From: Gemmatimonadota bacterium
Lineage (GTDB): Bacteria > Gemmatimonadota > Gemmatimonadetes > Gemmatimonadales > GWC2-71-9
NCBI GenBank assembly: GCA_039588295.1
Contig: JBDHAB010000029.1
Location: 1-53,779, forward strand
Direction of reading: 5' to 3'
Length of the DNA: 53,779 nucleotides
Positions 36,281-45,409 of the stretch are shown here, piece after piece (position 1 is the first letter of the stretch; each line of letters opens with the position of its first letter). The notes beneath the pieces are model-generated. The model did not search any database and had not been told where the DNA came from. It saw nothing but the letters and a program-made list of their open reading frames with translations. Made by a program: the position numbers and the translations under genes.

Positions 36281-37813
36281 CTATCTCCCATCCGACACGA
36301 TCTTCTCGTAGCTCTCCTGATACCACTTCGGCCGCTCGGCAGCGTTCGCGACCTCGAGGCCGAGATAGAACAGCAGCTTGACGATGCGGGATTCCTTTTC
36401 GGCGTCGATCTTCTCAGGGTGATCGCCGACGCCGTGGTAGTCCTCGTGCGTGCCGTTGAAGAAGAAGAGGATCGGTACTCCTCGCCGCGCGAATTGAATG
36501 TGGTCTGACCGGCTGTAGAAGTTCTGCTCGGGCCAGAGGTCATCGATCGCGGTCATGTTGAGCTCGGGATGGTCCACGTTCACCCGATTGAGCGTCTCGC
36601 CCAGATCCGAGTGTTCCTTGCCGATCACCACGATGGTGTCCGGCCAGTTGCGACCGACCATGTCCATGTTCATGTTCGCGATGATCTGTCCCATCGCCAC
36701 CGGGGGATTGGACGCGAAGTATGCGCTGCCCCACATCCCCCGCTCCTCTCCGCTCACCGTCAGGAATATCATGGAACGCTTGGGTCGCGGGTTGAGCTGG
36801 GCAAACGCCTCCGCCGCCTCCACCACCGCAATGGTGCCGGATGCGTCATCATCGGCTCCGTTGAAGATGCTGTCGCCGCTGGCCGCCTGGCCCACGCCGA
36901 CGTGGTCCATGTGCCCGGAGTACACGATGTATTCGTTCTTGAGTGCCGGATCACTGCCCTCGAGGATGCCGACGACGTTGGGGGCACTGCCGTCGTCGCC
37001 ACGACCCTGGCGAAGCGCGACGGATAGTCGGAGGCTCTCCAGTGCTTGTGCTTGCACCGGCTGATCCGCCGATTGCCAAGCGGCAGTGAGGTCGAACCCA
37101 TGCTGCCGCAACGTTGGCTCGATTGCACCCCGTCGTACCTCGACGAGTGGCGGTCGGGTGCTGGCTCTGCGCTCTTGACCCGGCCGAGTGACCGAAGCTC
37201 GTCGGACCGCCGCGGCGACTGCTGCCCAGGATTCTTCCGATCGGTTGGTCACGACGACGACCGCCGCCGGTCGTTGTTGGTCCACCGCGGCCACCGTACG
37301 TATGTGCTGTCGCACGCGGCCCGATTCGTCCACTGGCAGCACGATGACCGCCACCTTCCCGGCCAGCTCGAAGGACCCCAACGGTGTGCCCCGCTCGACC
37401 TTTCCCCACAAGACCACAGCTGGGCCGCCACCCTCCGCCGCCCCAGTGCGAAACGGCAGTAGGGCAACGTCGGTTCCGAGGGACCAACTGGGTCCGCCTT
37501 CGACCGCGATGGCCGGCTCTTCGGTGTCCCACAGCCAGCGGTCGAGCGGATAACGCTGAATGAACGTCCCGTCATCCCCACCGGGCGTGAGCCCGAACCG
37601 CTGGAACTCGTTTGCGATATAACTGGCGACTTCGTCGAGCTCCGGGCTGGGAGTGTTTCTGCCCAGCATCGAATCGTGCGCAATGACGCCGATGCGATGC
37701 GCGACGTCTTCCGGGGTGATCGAGGCGGCAGCTCGTGAGATGGACTCGGTGCTCTGTGCAGCGAGCACGGTGGGGATCAATAGCAATGCAGCAGCATACG
37801 TCGCGCGCGGCAT
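36281..37813 (-). CDS. M28-family metallopeptidase (secreted, PA-like insert)
   Basis: Signal peptide; GHMDHVG, NGADDDASG, GEERGMWGS, NMDMVG, RSDH and HEDYH motifs. Confidence 0.92.
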   Translation of the reverse strand: MPRATYAAALLLIPTVLAAQSTESISRAAASITPEDVAHRIGVIAHDSMLGRNTPSPELDEVASYIANEFQRFGLTPGGDDGTFIQRYPLDRWLWDTEEPAIAVEGGPSWSLGTDVALLPFRTGAAEGGGPAVVLWGKVERGTPLGSFELAGKVAVIVLPVDESGRVRQHIRTVAAVDQQRPAAVVVVTNRSEESWAAVAAAVRRASVTRPGQERRASTRPPLVEVRRGAIEPTLRQHGFDLTAAWQSADQPVQAQALESLRLSVALRQGRGDDGSAPNVVGILEGSDPALKNEYIVYSGHMDHVGVGQAASGDSIFNGADDDASGTIAVVEAAEAFAQLNPRPKRSMIFLTVSGEERGMWGSAYFASNPPVAMGQIIANMNMDMVGRNWPDTIVVIGKEHSDLGETLNRVNVDHPELNMTAIDDLWPEQNFYSRSDHIQFARRGVPILFFFNGTHEDYHGVGDHPEKIDAEKESRIVKLLFYLGLEVANAAERPKWYQESYEKIVSDGR

Positions 37814-37901
37814 GAACCGGCTCCTCTCCACCACGTGTCTTCGGTTATGCGAATGTGAATGGTACACCAAGGGGTGGCTGAGTGCCCCCGCGGTGCGCGT
37901 C

Positions 37902-39176
37902 CTACCTAGAGGGCTTACGTCTCGAAGGGGCCGTTCGTTTCGGGGACGCCGCGGGTCGGCGAGACGGTTGGCTCGATGGCTGGCGAGCGGCTGGGGGGTT
38001 GGGCCGCTTGGCAGGTGCCCGGACCTCCGGCCGGCGCTGGGGCGCGGGCGCGCTCGATTTGGTGGGCCGGCGGGGCTCCGTGCTCGGCCGACGCTCCGTC
38101 GGCTTGGCCGCAGGCTTGGTTGGTGTGCGGCGTTCGAGTTGTGGTCGCGCCTGCGGCGTGGGCTTCGTGCGGTCGTCCCGCTTCACCGTCGGCTGTCGGG
38201 AAGGCTGCTCGCTCTCGCTCCCGAGCAGGCGCCGCACCAGGCCGCCGAGGCCGCCTCGCTGGTTTGAGGGCTGCGACCGCCGCGCACTCGGGGTCGGGAC
38301 GCTTCCCGTTCCACCGAGGTCACGCCCTCGGACGCCGCGGTCCGGTACACGCCGTGTCGACGGATTGGCCGCGCCACGCACCCGAATGATGAACGGCTCT
38401 GTTTGAGTCCGTGTCTTGATGATGTACCGCGGTTGGATCGGCTGGACGGTCGGATAGACCACGCGCGTCGCCGGATACACACGCGCCGGGTATCGATAGA
38501 CGTCCTCGTAGATCACCACGCGGAAGGTGCCGCACCAGTCACGGTACGGATCCCAGACCGGATACGCCACGTAGGCATGACAATCGTAGCAGAGAAACCG
38601 CGGGTATTCGTACTGGCGCTCGACGAAGTACGGGACCACGTCGAACCCGTAGGCCGTGTAGCCCGAGGGCAGCATGGACTCGACGATCTCGCCAAACGCC
38701 ACATACGGATCACCGGAGATACGACCCGAGGTGGCCATGGCACGATAGTCCCAGTGATCGTTGAGCACGAGACGCTCGTACTCGAAGGGATCGAGGCTCA
38801 CGATCGCGAAGACGTATCCGACACCGGGGTAATCGTCTACGACGAACGCGTGGCGCTCGGAGTGACCGTACGGATCGCTGATGCGGTACTCCCGCCCGCC
38901 GACGAAGTAGTTGTCGACCCACGGCTCGCGGGGGTACATCACCCGGATGCGGCCGTCCGTATCCACCCGGAAGACGGTGACATATCCGTCCGTCGCCGCG
39001 CGGATCGAGACCGATACCTTGTCACCACGTCGGAAGAAGTCGCGTTCGGTGGTTCGCACGGTGATCTGGGGATACTGGTACTCCTGGGCCCGCGCGGCGC
39101 GGATCGGAACGCTCTCCGATCCCGCGAGCACGGCGACGCCCAGCGCCAGATGCACCGTGAGACCTCTCACCCGCAT
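37902..39176 (-). CDS. Secreted DUF4384-like protein with CxxCH motif and basic Pro/Arg-rich tail
   Basis: Signal peptide; GDKVSV...DGYVTVFRVDTDGRIRVMYP is the DUF4384 pattern; CYDCH; low-complexity tail. GGAGG RBS before ATG at 39176. Confidence 0.75.
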   Translation of the reverse strand: MRVRGLTVHLALGVAVLAGSESVPIRAARAQEYQYPQITVRTTERDFFRRGDKVSVSIRAATDGYVTVFRVDTDGRIRVMYPREPWVDNYFVGGREYRISDPYGHSERHAFVVDDYPGVGYVFAIVSLDPFEYERLVLNDHWDYRAMATSGRISGDPYVAFGEIVESMLPSGYTAYGFDVVPYFVERQYEYPRFLCYDCHAYVAYPVWDPYRDWCGTFRVVIYEDVYRYPARVYPATRVVYPTVQPIQPRYIIKTRTQTEPFIIRVRGAANPSTRRVPDRGVRGRDLGGTGSVPTPSARRSQPSNQRGGLGGLVRRLLGSESEQPSRQPTVKRDDRTKPTPQARPQLERRTPTKPAAKPTERRPSTEPRRPTKSSAPAPQRRPEVRAPAKRPNPPAARQPSSQPSRRPAASPKRTAPSRRKPSR

Positions 39177-39220
39177 GACCACTTCCTCCGCGTTGGCCAG
39201 GAACCTCCGCCCGCCAACAG

Positions 39221-39236
39221 TGCATGCGACGTGCCA
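39221..39236 (-). promoter_or_regulatory. Sigma54 (-24/-12) promoter
   Basis: Minus strand TGGCAC-GTCGC-ATGCA with exact GG-N10-GC spacing, about 45 nt upstream of the DUF4384-like start. Confidence 0.65.
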
Positions 39237-39341
39237 CCCGGGGCATTGCGAATATCTCATTTAATGGCAACGAGTTACGGGTGTTCGCTCAACCCCCGCC
39301 GCGGCATCTTCGTCCCCTTTGGTGGACGGTGTAGCCGTGGT

Positions 39342-39371
39342 TTGACTGGTCCCGCGCCACCTGGGTACGAT
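39342..39371 (+). promoter_or_regulatory. Sigma70-type promoter for the DUF58-BatA-mfd operon
   Basis: TTGACT-18 nt-TACGAT. Confidence 0.6.
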
Positions 39372-39430
39372 CCAGGGATGTCGGTAGCGGAACGCAGGGT
39401 CGGACGCGGTCTTCGGACGGCGGAGGTGGC

Positions 39431-40294
39431 GTGACCGGTCGGCGGCTCGATCTGCTCGATCCGTACGAGGTCGCTCAGTTGGGCGGCATCGAACTGGTGG
39501 CGCGCGGGGTGGTGGAAGGCTTCCTCGAGTTCGCGGAGCATCGACCGTATCAGCCTGGGGACGAGCTGCGCTATCTCGACTGGAAGATCTTGGCGCGTGC
39601 CGATCGCTTGTTCGTCAAGCAGTACGAGGAAGAGACCAACCTGCGAGCGATGATCGTCCTCGATGTGAGTCGCTCGATGGATTGGGCAGGGAAAGCACAG
39701 CGGCTCACCAAGCTCGAGTACGCGAAGCGCCTGGTCGCGGCGTTGGCGCTCGTGCTGCTGCGCCAGCGGGATGCCACTGGGCTGATTGGGTTCGACGAGG
39801 AAGTGCGGTCGGTGGTTCGTGCACGGGCCCGGTATCGTCATTGGTGGCAGCTCCTCGCGGCGATCGACGATCTCGAAGCCGGTTGCGGAACGGTCGCCGA
39901 ACCCGCACTGCGTCGGGTGACCGACCTGCTTCAGCGCCGCGGCCTGGTGATCTTCGTCTCGGACCTTCTCCTCGACCGAGACCTCGCACTCGTCGCGCTG
40001 CAGTACCTGCGCCACCGGGGGCACCAGGTGACCGTGTTCCACATCATGGATCCGGCGGAGCGGTTCCTGGAGGGATCTACCGAGGCCCGATTCGAGGATC
40101 CGGAGACCGGTGGCACCGTGGTCGCCCGCCCGCGTGAGCTGCGCGGCGTCTATGAAGACACGGTCCGGAAGACCGTCGACCAGTGGCGTGCGGCGTGTCG
40201 CGGCGGCGGCATCGATTACCATCACGTGTTGACCGACACCCCGTTCGGGTATGTCCTGCGGCGTGCGGCCGCGCGCCGATCGCGCCTCGGGTGA
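39431..40294 (+). CDS. DUF58 / VWA protein (MoxR-associated), apparently with an in-frame internal deletion
   Basis: EFAEHRPYQPGDELRYLDWK, VKQYEEETN, LDVSRSM and VSD motifs. GGAGG RBS. Confidence 0.88.
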   Translation: MTGRRLDLLDPYEVAQLGGIELVARGVVEGFLEFAEHRPYQPGDELRYLDWKILARADRLFVKQYEEETNLRAMIVLDVSRSMDWAGKAQRLTKLEYAKRLVAALALVLLRQRDATGLIGFDEEVRSVVRARARYRHWWQLLAAIDDLEAGCGTVAEPALRRVTDLLQRRGLVIFVSDLLLDRDLALVALQYLRHRGHQVTVFHIMDPAERFLEGSTEARFEDPETGGTVVARPRELRGVYEDTVRKTVDQWRAACRGGGIDYHHVLTDTPFGYVLRRAAARRSRLG

Positions 40295-42093
40295 TCGGGT
40301 TTCTGCAACCGCTGGCGCTCGTCGGCCTTGTCGCCGCGGCTGTGCCCCCGCTGCTCCACCTGCTCGGGCGCCGTCGACCGCCGACCGTCGTGTTCCCCGC
40401 GATCCGCTATTTGACGGCGACGGAGCGCGAGCACAGTCGACGGCTCAAGCTGCGCAACCTGCTGCTCATGTTGCTCAGGATCGCGATCATCGCTCTCATC
40501 GTGCTGGCGGCTTCTCGGCCGGTGACGCGAGTGGTGGGGGGAGAAGCGCACCCACCAAGCGCCATGGCCGTTGTGGTGGACAACTCCCTTTCCTCCGGAG
40601 CCGTGGTTGGTGGCCAGCGTGTGCTCGACCTGTTGCGTGCGCGCGCGCGCACCGTCTTTGGGCGGCTGAGCACGGGAGATCGAGCGTGGCTGGTACTGGC
40701 CGACGGCGTACCGCAGCGGATTGGACGCGATGATGCCATCCAGTTGCTGGACAGCCTCGCGCCGTGGGCGGTGCGGCTCGACGTCGCCGAAGCGGTACGG
40801 ACGGCGGCCAGAGTGGTGGAAGACGCGCGACTGCCGGTGCGGGAGGTAGTTGTCCTGAGCGACCTGCAGGCCACCGCGCTGTCGCCGGGTCCGCCGCCGT
40901 CGGTTCCAGTGCTGTTCGCCGAGTCTCCTCGCCCACCGGACAATGTGAGTGTGGACTCGGCGCTTGCGGTGCCACCGGTCTGGTCGCCGGTGGGCGCTGT
41001 GGTGGTGACGTTGGGGGGGGGAGAGCACGATCAGGCGCCGCGCGCGCTGCGCCTGGTGATGAATGGAGGGGACCTGGCACGTGCCGTCGCCAGTCCGGGC
41101 GACAGGGTCGTGCTCGAGGCCACGGTTGCGGAGCGAGGATGGGCGGTCGCCAGCGTGGTGCTGGACCCGGACGAGCTCCGCGCTGATGATCGTCGGTGGC
41201 TGGCCGTCCATGTGAGTGACGCGGCGCCGGTCCGTCTCTCCCGAGGTGCGGGTCCGTTCGCCGAGAAGGCATTTCGGGTGCTGCTCGAGGGCGGCCGGCT
41301 CCGGGATGGCTCGAACGTGACCATCGCGGATCGCGTCGAGGGTGGGAACCTCGTGCTCCTGCCGCCAGCCGATCCGGCGTTACTGGGAGCGACGAATCGC
41401 GCGCTCGAAGCACGGGGCGTGTCGTGGCGATTCGGTGACGTCCTGGACGGTGAGTGGCAACTCGATGGCGACGTCGGGCCGATTACCGGGACGGCCGTGT
41501 ACCGGCGGTACACGTTGCGGGGCTCGGGGAGTGTTCTCGCACGGGCGGATGGCGAGCCGTGGCTGGTGCGGGACGGCGGCGTGCTCATTGTGGCGAGTCG
41601 TCTGGAGGACACGTGGACCGCGCTTCCCGTCACGGCCGCGTTCCTCCCGTTTCTCGATGTATTGCTCAACCGCGTCGCGGCGGCGGAGTCGTGGATCGCG
41701 GAGGCCACCCCCGGGGCACGCGTCCGACTTCCGGCGAGTGCCGCACACGTACTCTTGCCCGAGGGCGCAGCCGCTGTCTCGTCCGACCGCTACATCACGG
41801 CACCGATCGAGCCGGGGGTGTACTTCCTGCGAGGTGCTGGAGACGACACGGTGGGTGCGCTGCAAGTGAATCCGGATCCCCGCGAGTCGCGACTCGCGTC
41901 TGCGAGTGCCTCCACCGTCGCGGCTACGTTCGGGTCGACCGCTCGGCTGCTCGGTTCCTCCGCGTTCGACCGCGAGCTCTTTGGTGGTGCCCAACGAGCG
42001 GAGCTCACCGGCGTCCTGCTGATTGCGGCGCTGGTAGCCGCGCTGGCGGAACTCGCGCTCGCAACCTTTGGTGGGGCGTTGCGACCCGGCTGA
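40291..42093 (+). CDS. BatA-domain / VWA membrane protein
   Basis: FLQP..L.GL....P.LLHL...FPAIRYL...LLR BatA N-terminus, VDNSLSS MIDAS-like motif, LSDLQ and a C-terminal TM. The GTG start overlaps the DUF58 stop. Confidence 0.85.
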   Translation: MIGFLQPLALVGLVAAAVPPLLHLLGRRRPPTVVFPAIRYLTATEREHSRRLKLRNLLLMLLRIAIIALIVLAASRPVTRVVGGEAHPPSAMAVVVDNSLSSGAVVGGQRVLDLLRARARTVFGRLSTGDRAWLVLADGVPQRIGRDDAIQLLDSLAPWAVRLDVAEAVRTAARVVEDARLPVREVVVLSDLQATALSPGPPPSVPVLFAESPRPPDNVSVDSALAVPPVWSPVGAVVVTLGGGEHDQAPRALRLVMNGGDLARAVASPGDRVVLEATVAERGWAVASVVLDPDELRADDRRWLAVHVSDAAPVRLSRGAGPFAEKAFRVLLEGGRLRDGSNVTIADRVEGGNLVLLPPADPALLGATNRALEARGVSWRFGDVLDGEWQLDGDVGPITGTAVYRRYTLRGSGSVLARADGEPWLVRDGGVLIVASRLEDTWTALPVTAAFLPFLDVLLNRVAAAESWIAEATPGARVRLPASAAHVLLPEGAAAVSSDRYITAPIEPGVYFLRGAGDDTVGALQVNPDPRESRLASASASTVAATFGSTARLLGSSAFDRELFGGAQRAELTGVLLIAALVAALAELALATFGGALRPG

Positions 42094-45000
42094 TGCTCCC
42101 GCGTCTCGTCGAGGCATTCCGGCAGCTTCCCACGTACCGCGCGCTTGCTCGCGCGTTGCCGCCGCAGGGGACCGCGCTGCGGGTAGGTGGTCTCCCTGGG
42201 TCGAGTCCTGCCGTGCTGCTCGCGGCGCTGGCTTCGGATCGCGCGCAGCGAGTGTTTCTCGCTGTCGCTGCGTCCCCGCCGATCGCCGAGGCGTGGCTGT
42301 CGGATCTCACGGTGCTTCTGGGCGAGCATGTGTGTCTCTTCCCGCAGCGGGAGGCGCTGGGCGAGGAGGAGCCGCACCTGGAGATTGCCGGCGAGCGCGT
42401 GGAGACGATCGAGGCGGTGATGTCGGGGCGGGCGCGGGTGGTCGTCACGACGCTGCGTGCCACCTCCGAACTCACCCGAATGCCGGCGGCGATCGTGGGG
42501 CAACGCCTCGCGATCCGACGCGGCGATCACACCACGTTGAGTCACGTCGTCGATCGGCTTGAGGCCATGGGATACGAGCGGAGGCCGTCCGTCGTCGACG
42601 TGGCGCAATTCGCGGTCCGGGGCGGAATCATCGACGTGTACGGGTTCGGCATGGCGGAGCCCGCGCGCCTGGAGTGGTGGGGCGACGAGCTGCGGTCGGT
42701 TCGAACGTTCGACCTCGACACGCAACGTTCCCTTGTCGAGGTCGACGTGGTGACGGTGCTCCCCGTAACGCCGATGCCTAGTTGCGACGGCGACGATTCG
42801 GATTCCGCAGGCGATTCTGAGGCCGGGCAACGCCGATCGCTCTTGGATCTCCTCCCGGCGGACACCCTAGCGCTGGTCGATGCCACGGTGGACCTGGAAT
42901 CGGTGACCCGGGTGTGGGACGAGTCGGCCCACCATATCACGATCGCGCGTCGCCGTGGGGAGGATGTCCCCGGACGGGAAGCCGTCTTTCTCTCGCCAGC
43001 GACCTGGCGGGAGCGCTGGCAAGCCTTCGCGCGCATCGAGCTTCGTGACTCCTCGCTCGACCACGATTTCCGACTACGCCCGGCACCGCCCATCGAGCGC
43101 AAGATGGCTCGCCTCGCGCAAGTGATCCGGGCGGAGCCCACGCTCCTCTTGTGTGACAACGAGGGACAGTTGGAGCGTCTCGAGGACATCTTGGGTGAAG
43201 ATGGTGGCGATCGCCGCCCCGTACCGGCCAACGCGGTGCTGGCGCTCGGGTCGCTGAGCGGCGGCTTCTCCATGCCGGGCCTCGTGGTGCTCACCGATCA
43301 CGAGATCTTTCAGCGCGCTCGCCGGATGCGCCGACCTCGCCGCTACCGCCAGGCACTTGCAACCGACGCCGTGGGTTCACTCACGCCGGGTGACTACGTC
43401 GTGCATCTCGAGCACGGGATCGGATTGTATCGCGGGATCGAGACGATCACGGTGGCGGACGGCGCGACGATCGAGGTTGCGATTCTGGAGTACGAGGGTG
43501 GAGATCGGCTCAATGTACCGCTCTACCGGCTCGATCAGCTCGAACCGTACCGGATTGAGGAAGGTGCCGACCGCCCGCCGCCGAAGCTGCACCGGCTGGG
43601 CGGCCGACGCTGGCAGCGCCAGCGCAGGAAGACGGAAGCGGCGATCTCTGCGATGGCCGCGGAGCTGTTGGAGCTGTACGCCCGTCGTGCCGTCGTGACC
43701 CGAGTGCCGTTTCCGCCGGACACCAAATGGCAGCGCGAGCTCGAATCGTCGTTCCTCTACGAGGACACACCCGATCAGCGCAAAGCCTCCGAGGAGACCA
43801 AGCGGGACATGGAGCGGCCGGCCCCGATGGACAGGCTGATTGTGGGTGACGTGGGGTACGGGAAGACCGAAGTGGCCGTACGTGCCGCCTTCAAAGCCGT
43901 GCAGGCCGGGAGGCAGGTGGCTATCCTGGTGCCGACGACCATCCTCGCCGAGCAACATGGCCGCACCTTTGGCGAGCGGCTGGCGGATTTCCCGGTCAGG
44001 GTCGAGGTGTTGTCCCGATTCCGCACGTCGACGGAGCAGCGCGGTGTCATTGACGGACTGACGCGTGGGGTCGTCGACATCGTCATCGGCACGCATAGGC
44101 TGCTGTCGAAGGACGTGAGCTTCCGCGAGCTCGGGGTGCTGGTGGTCGATGAGGAGCATCGGTTCGGGGTACGTCACAAGGAGCGGCTCAAGGCGCTGCG
44201 GTTGGAAGTTGATGTCCTCACGCTCACCGCAACGCCCATCCCGCGCACGCTCCACGGCGCACTGGCCGGGCTGCGTGACCTCACCATGATCGAGACCCCA
44301 CCGAGAGACCGCTCGCCGGTGCTCACGTTCCTCGAGCCCTGGGATGATGAGTTGTTGAGCGAGGCGATGGCTCGGGAGTTGGATCGTGGCGGGCAGGTCT
44401 TCTTCGTGCACAACCGCATCGAGACCATCGAGCCGATCGCCCAGCGCGTGCAGCGGCTGGCCCCGCGGTCCCGTATCGCGGTCGCGCACGGCAAGCAGCG
44501 TGAGCGCGAGCTGGACGAGGTCATGCGACGCTTCGTCGCGGGTGAGATCGATGTGTTGGTGTCGACGATGATCGTTGAATCCGGTCTCGACGTGCCCAAC
44601 GCCAACACGATGATCGTGCACGACGCCCATCAGTTCGGTCTCGCGCAGCTCTATCAGTTGCGTGGTCGGGTAGGACGCGGGCATCGGCGCGCGTACTGCT
44701 ACCTGCTGGCGCCAGACAGCGTGGATCCCGCAGCCGAGCAGCGCCTCAAGGTGCTCGAGCATCACACGGAGTTGGGCGCGGGGTACCGGATCGCCCTCAG
44801 GGACCTCGAGCTCCGGGGCGCGGGTAACCTGCTTGGCGCAGCGCAGTCGGGCCACGCGCAAGCCGTGGGCTTTGACCTCTATCTCCGGTGGCTTGACGAC
44901 GCCGTACGTGCCCTGAAGGGAGAGACCGGCGCCGCGCAGTACCGCCCACCCGACGTGACGCTCGACGCCCCGGCCCACCTGCCCGACACATACATCGCGG

Positions 45001-45392
45001 ACGACGACGCGAAGCTCGACCTCTACCGCCGGCTGGCGCGGGCCGATGAACTTGGCGACATTGCGGCCCTGCGTGAGGAGCTGCGCGACCGTTTCGGTCC
45101 ATTGCCAGAGGAAGCCGATCGGCTTCTCATTGTTTCGGAACTCCGTGCGCTCGGCACACGGCTGGGATTGCGCTCGGTGCTGGTGCGAGGTGATGAAGCG
45201 CGACTCAAGTTTCGGACCGAGGCGACACCGAAACTCATGCGGCTGACGGCGGCGCTCGACGAAGTGCAGTTCGCCGCGGACGTGCGGCACACCGTACCGC
45301 TCGCACTTCGACTCCGTCGTCTGGGAGGGATGGGAATCAGCCAGGGCCTGGTTCGGGCACTGGCGACGGCTGCCGGGACCGAGGCGTCATAA
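42093..45392 (+). CDS. mfd: Transcription-repair coupling factor
   Basis: FAVRGGIID, GDYVVHLEHGIG (CarD/RID), GDVGYGKTEVA, DEEH, TATPIPRTL, QLRGRVGR and TRG motif RDLELRGAGNLLG. Confidence 0.97.
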   Translation: MLPRLVEAFRQLPTYRALARALPPQGTALRVGGLPGSSPAVLLAALASDRAQRVFLAVAASPPIAEAWLSDLTVLLGEHVCLFPQREALGEEEPHLEIAGERVETIEAVMSGRARVVVTTLRATSELTRMPAAIVGQRLAIRRGDHTTLSHVVDRLEAMGYERRPSVVDVAQFAVRGGIIDVYGFGMAEPARLEWWGDELRSVRTFDLDTQRSLVEVDVVTVLPVTPMPSCDGDDSDSAGDSEAGQRRSLLDLLPADTLALVDATVDLESVTRVWDESAHHITIARRRGEDVPGREAVFLSPATWRERWQAFARIELRDSSLDHDFRLRPAPPIERKMARLAQVIRAEPTLLLCDNEGQLERLEDILGEDGGDRRPVPANAVLALGSLSGGFSMPGLVVLTDHEIFQRARRMRRPRRYRQALATDAVGSLTPGDYVVHLEHGIGLYRGIETITVADGATIEVAILEYEGGDRLNVPLYRLDQLEPYRIEEGADRPPPKLHRLGGRRWQRQRRKTEAAISAMAAELLELYARRAVVTRVPFPPDTKWQRELESSFLYEDTPDQRKASEETKRDMERPAPMDRLIVGDVGYGKTEVAVRAAFKAVQAGRQVAILVPTTILAEQHGRTFGERLADFPVRVEVLSRFRTSTEQRGVIDGLTRGVVDIVIGTHRLLSKDVSFRELGVLVVDEEHRFGVRHKERLKALRLEVDVLTLTATPIPRTLHGALAGLRDLTMIETPPRDRSPVLTFLEPWDDELLSEAMARELDRGGQVFFVHNRIETIEPIAQRVQRLAPRSRIAVAHGKQRERELDEVMRRFVAGEIDVLVSTMIVESGLDVPNANTMIVHDAHQFGLAQLYQLRGRVGRGHRRAYCYLLAPDSVDPAAEQRLKVLEHHTELGAGYRIALRDLELRGAGNLLGAAQSGHAQAVGFDLYLRWLDDAVRALKGETGAAQYRPPDVTLDAPAHLPDTYIADDDAKLDLYRRLARADELGDIAALREELRDRFGPLPEEADRLLIVSELRALGTRLGLRSVLVRGDEARLKFRTEATPKLMRLTAALDEVQFAADVRHTVPLALRLRRLGGMGISQGLVRALATAAGTEAS

Positions 45393-45409
45393 CAAGGGTA
45401 ACAGCAAGG

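Noticed and set aside
41454..42092. Long N-terminal extensions of mfd (also 19283-20917 permease, 34115 GGT, 49807 CDF, 46632 surA)
   Set aside because: The extensions overlap neighbouring real genes and are Arg/Gly-rich nonsense. The downstream starts have an RBS or stop-start coupling, so these are not fusions.
43377..45290. 637-aa antisense ORF over mfd (likewise 51468-53141 over typA, 4814-6265, 9154-10245, 13660-15039, 17976-19226)
   Set aside because: Shadow ORFs on the opposite strand of well-supported genes. They are expected from high-GC codon bias and have no recognisable motifs.
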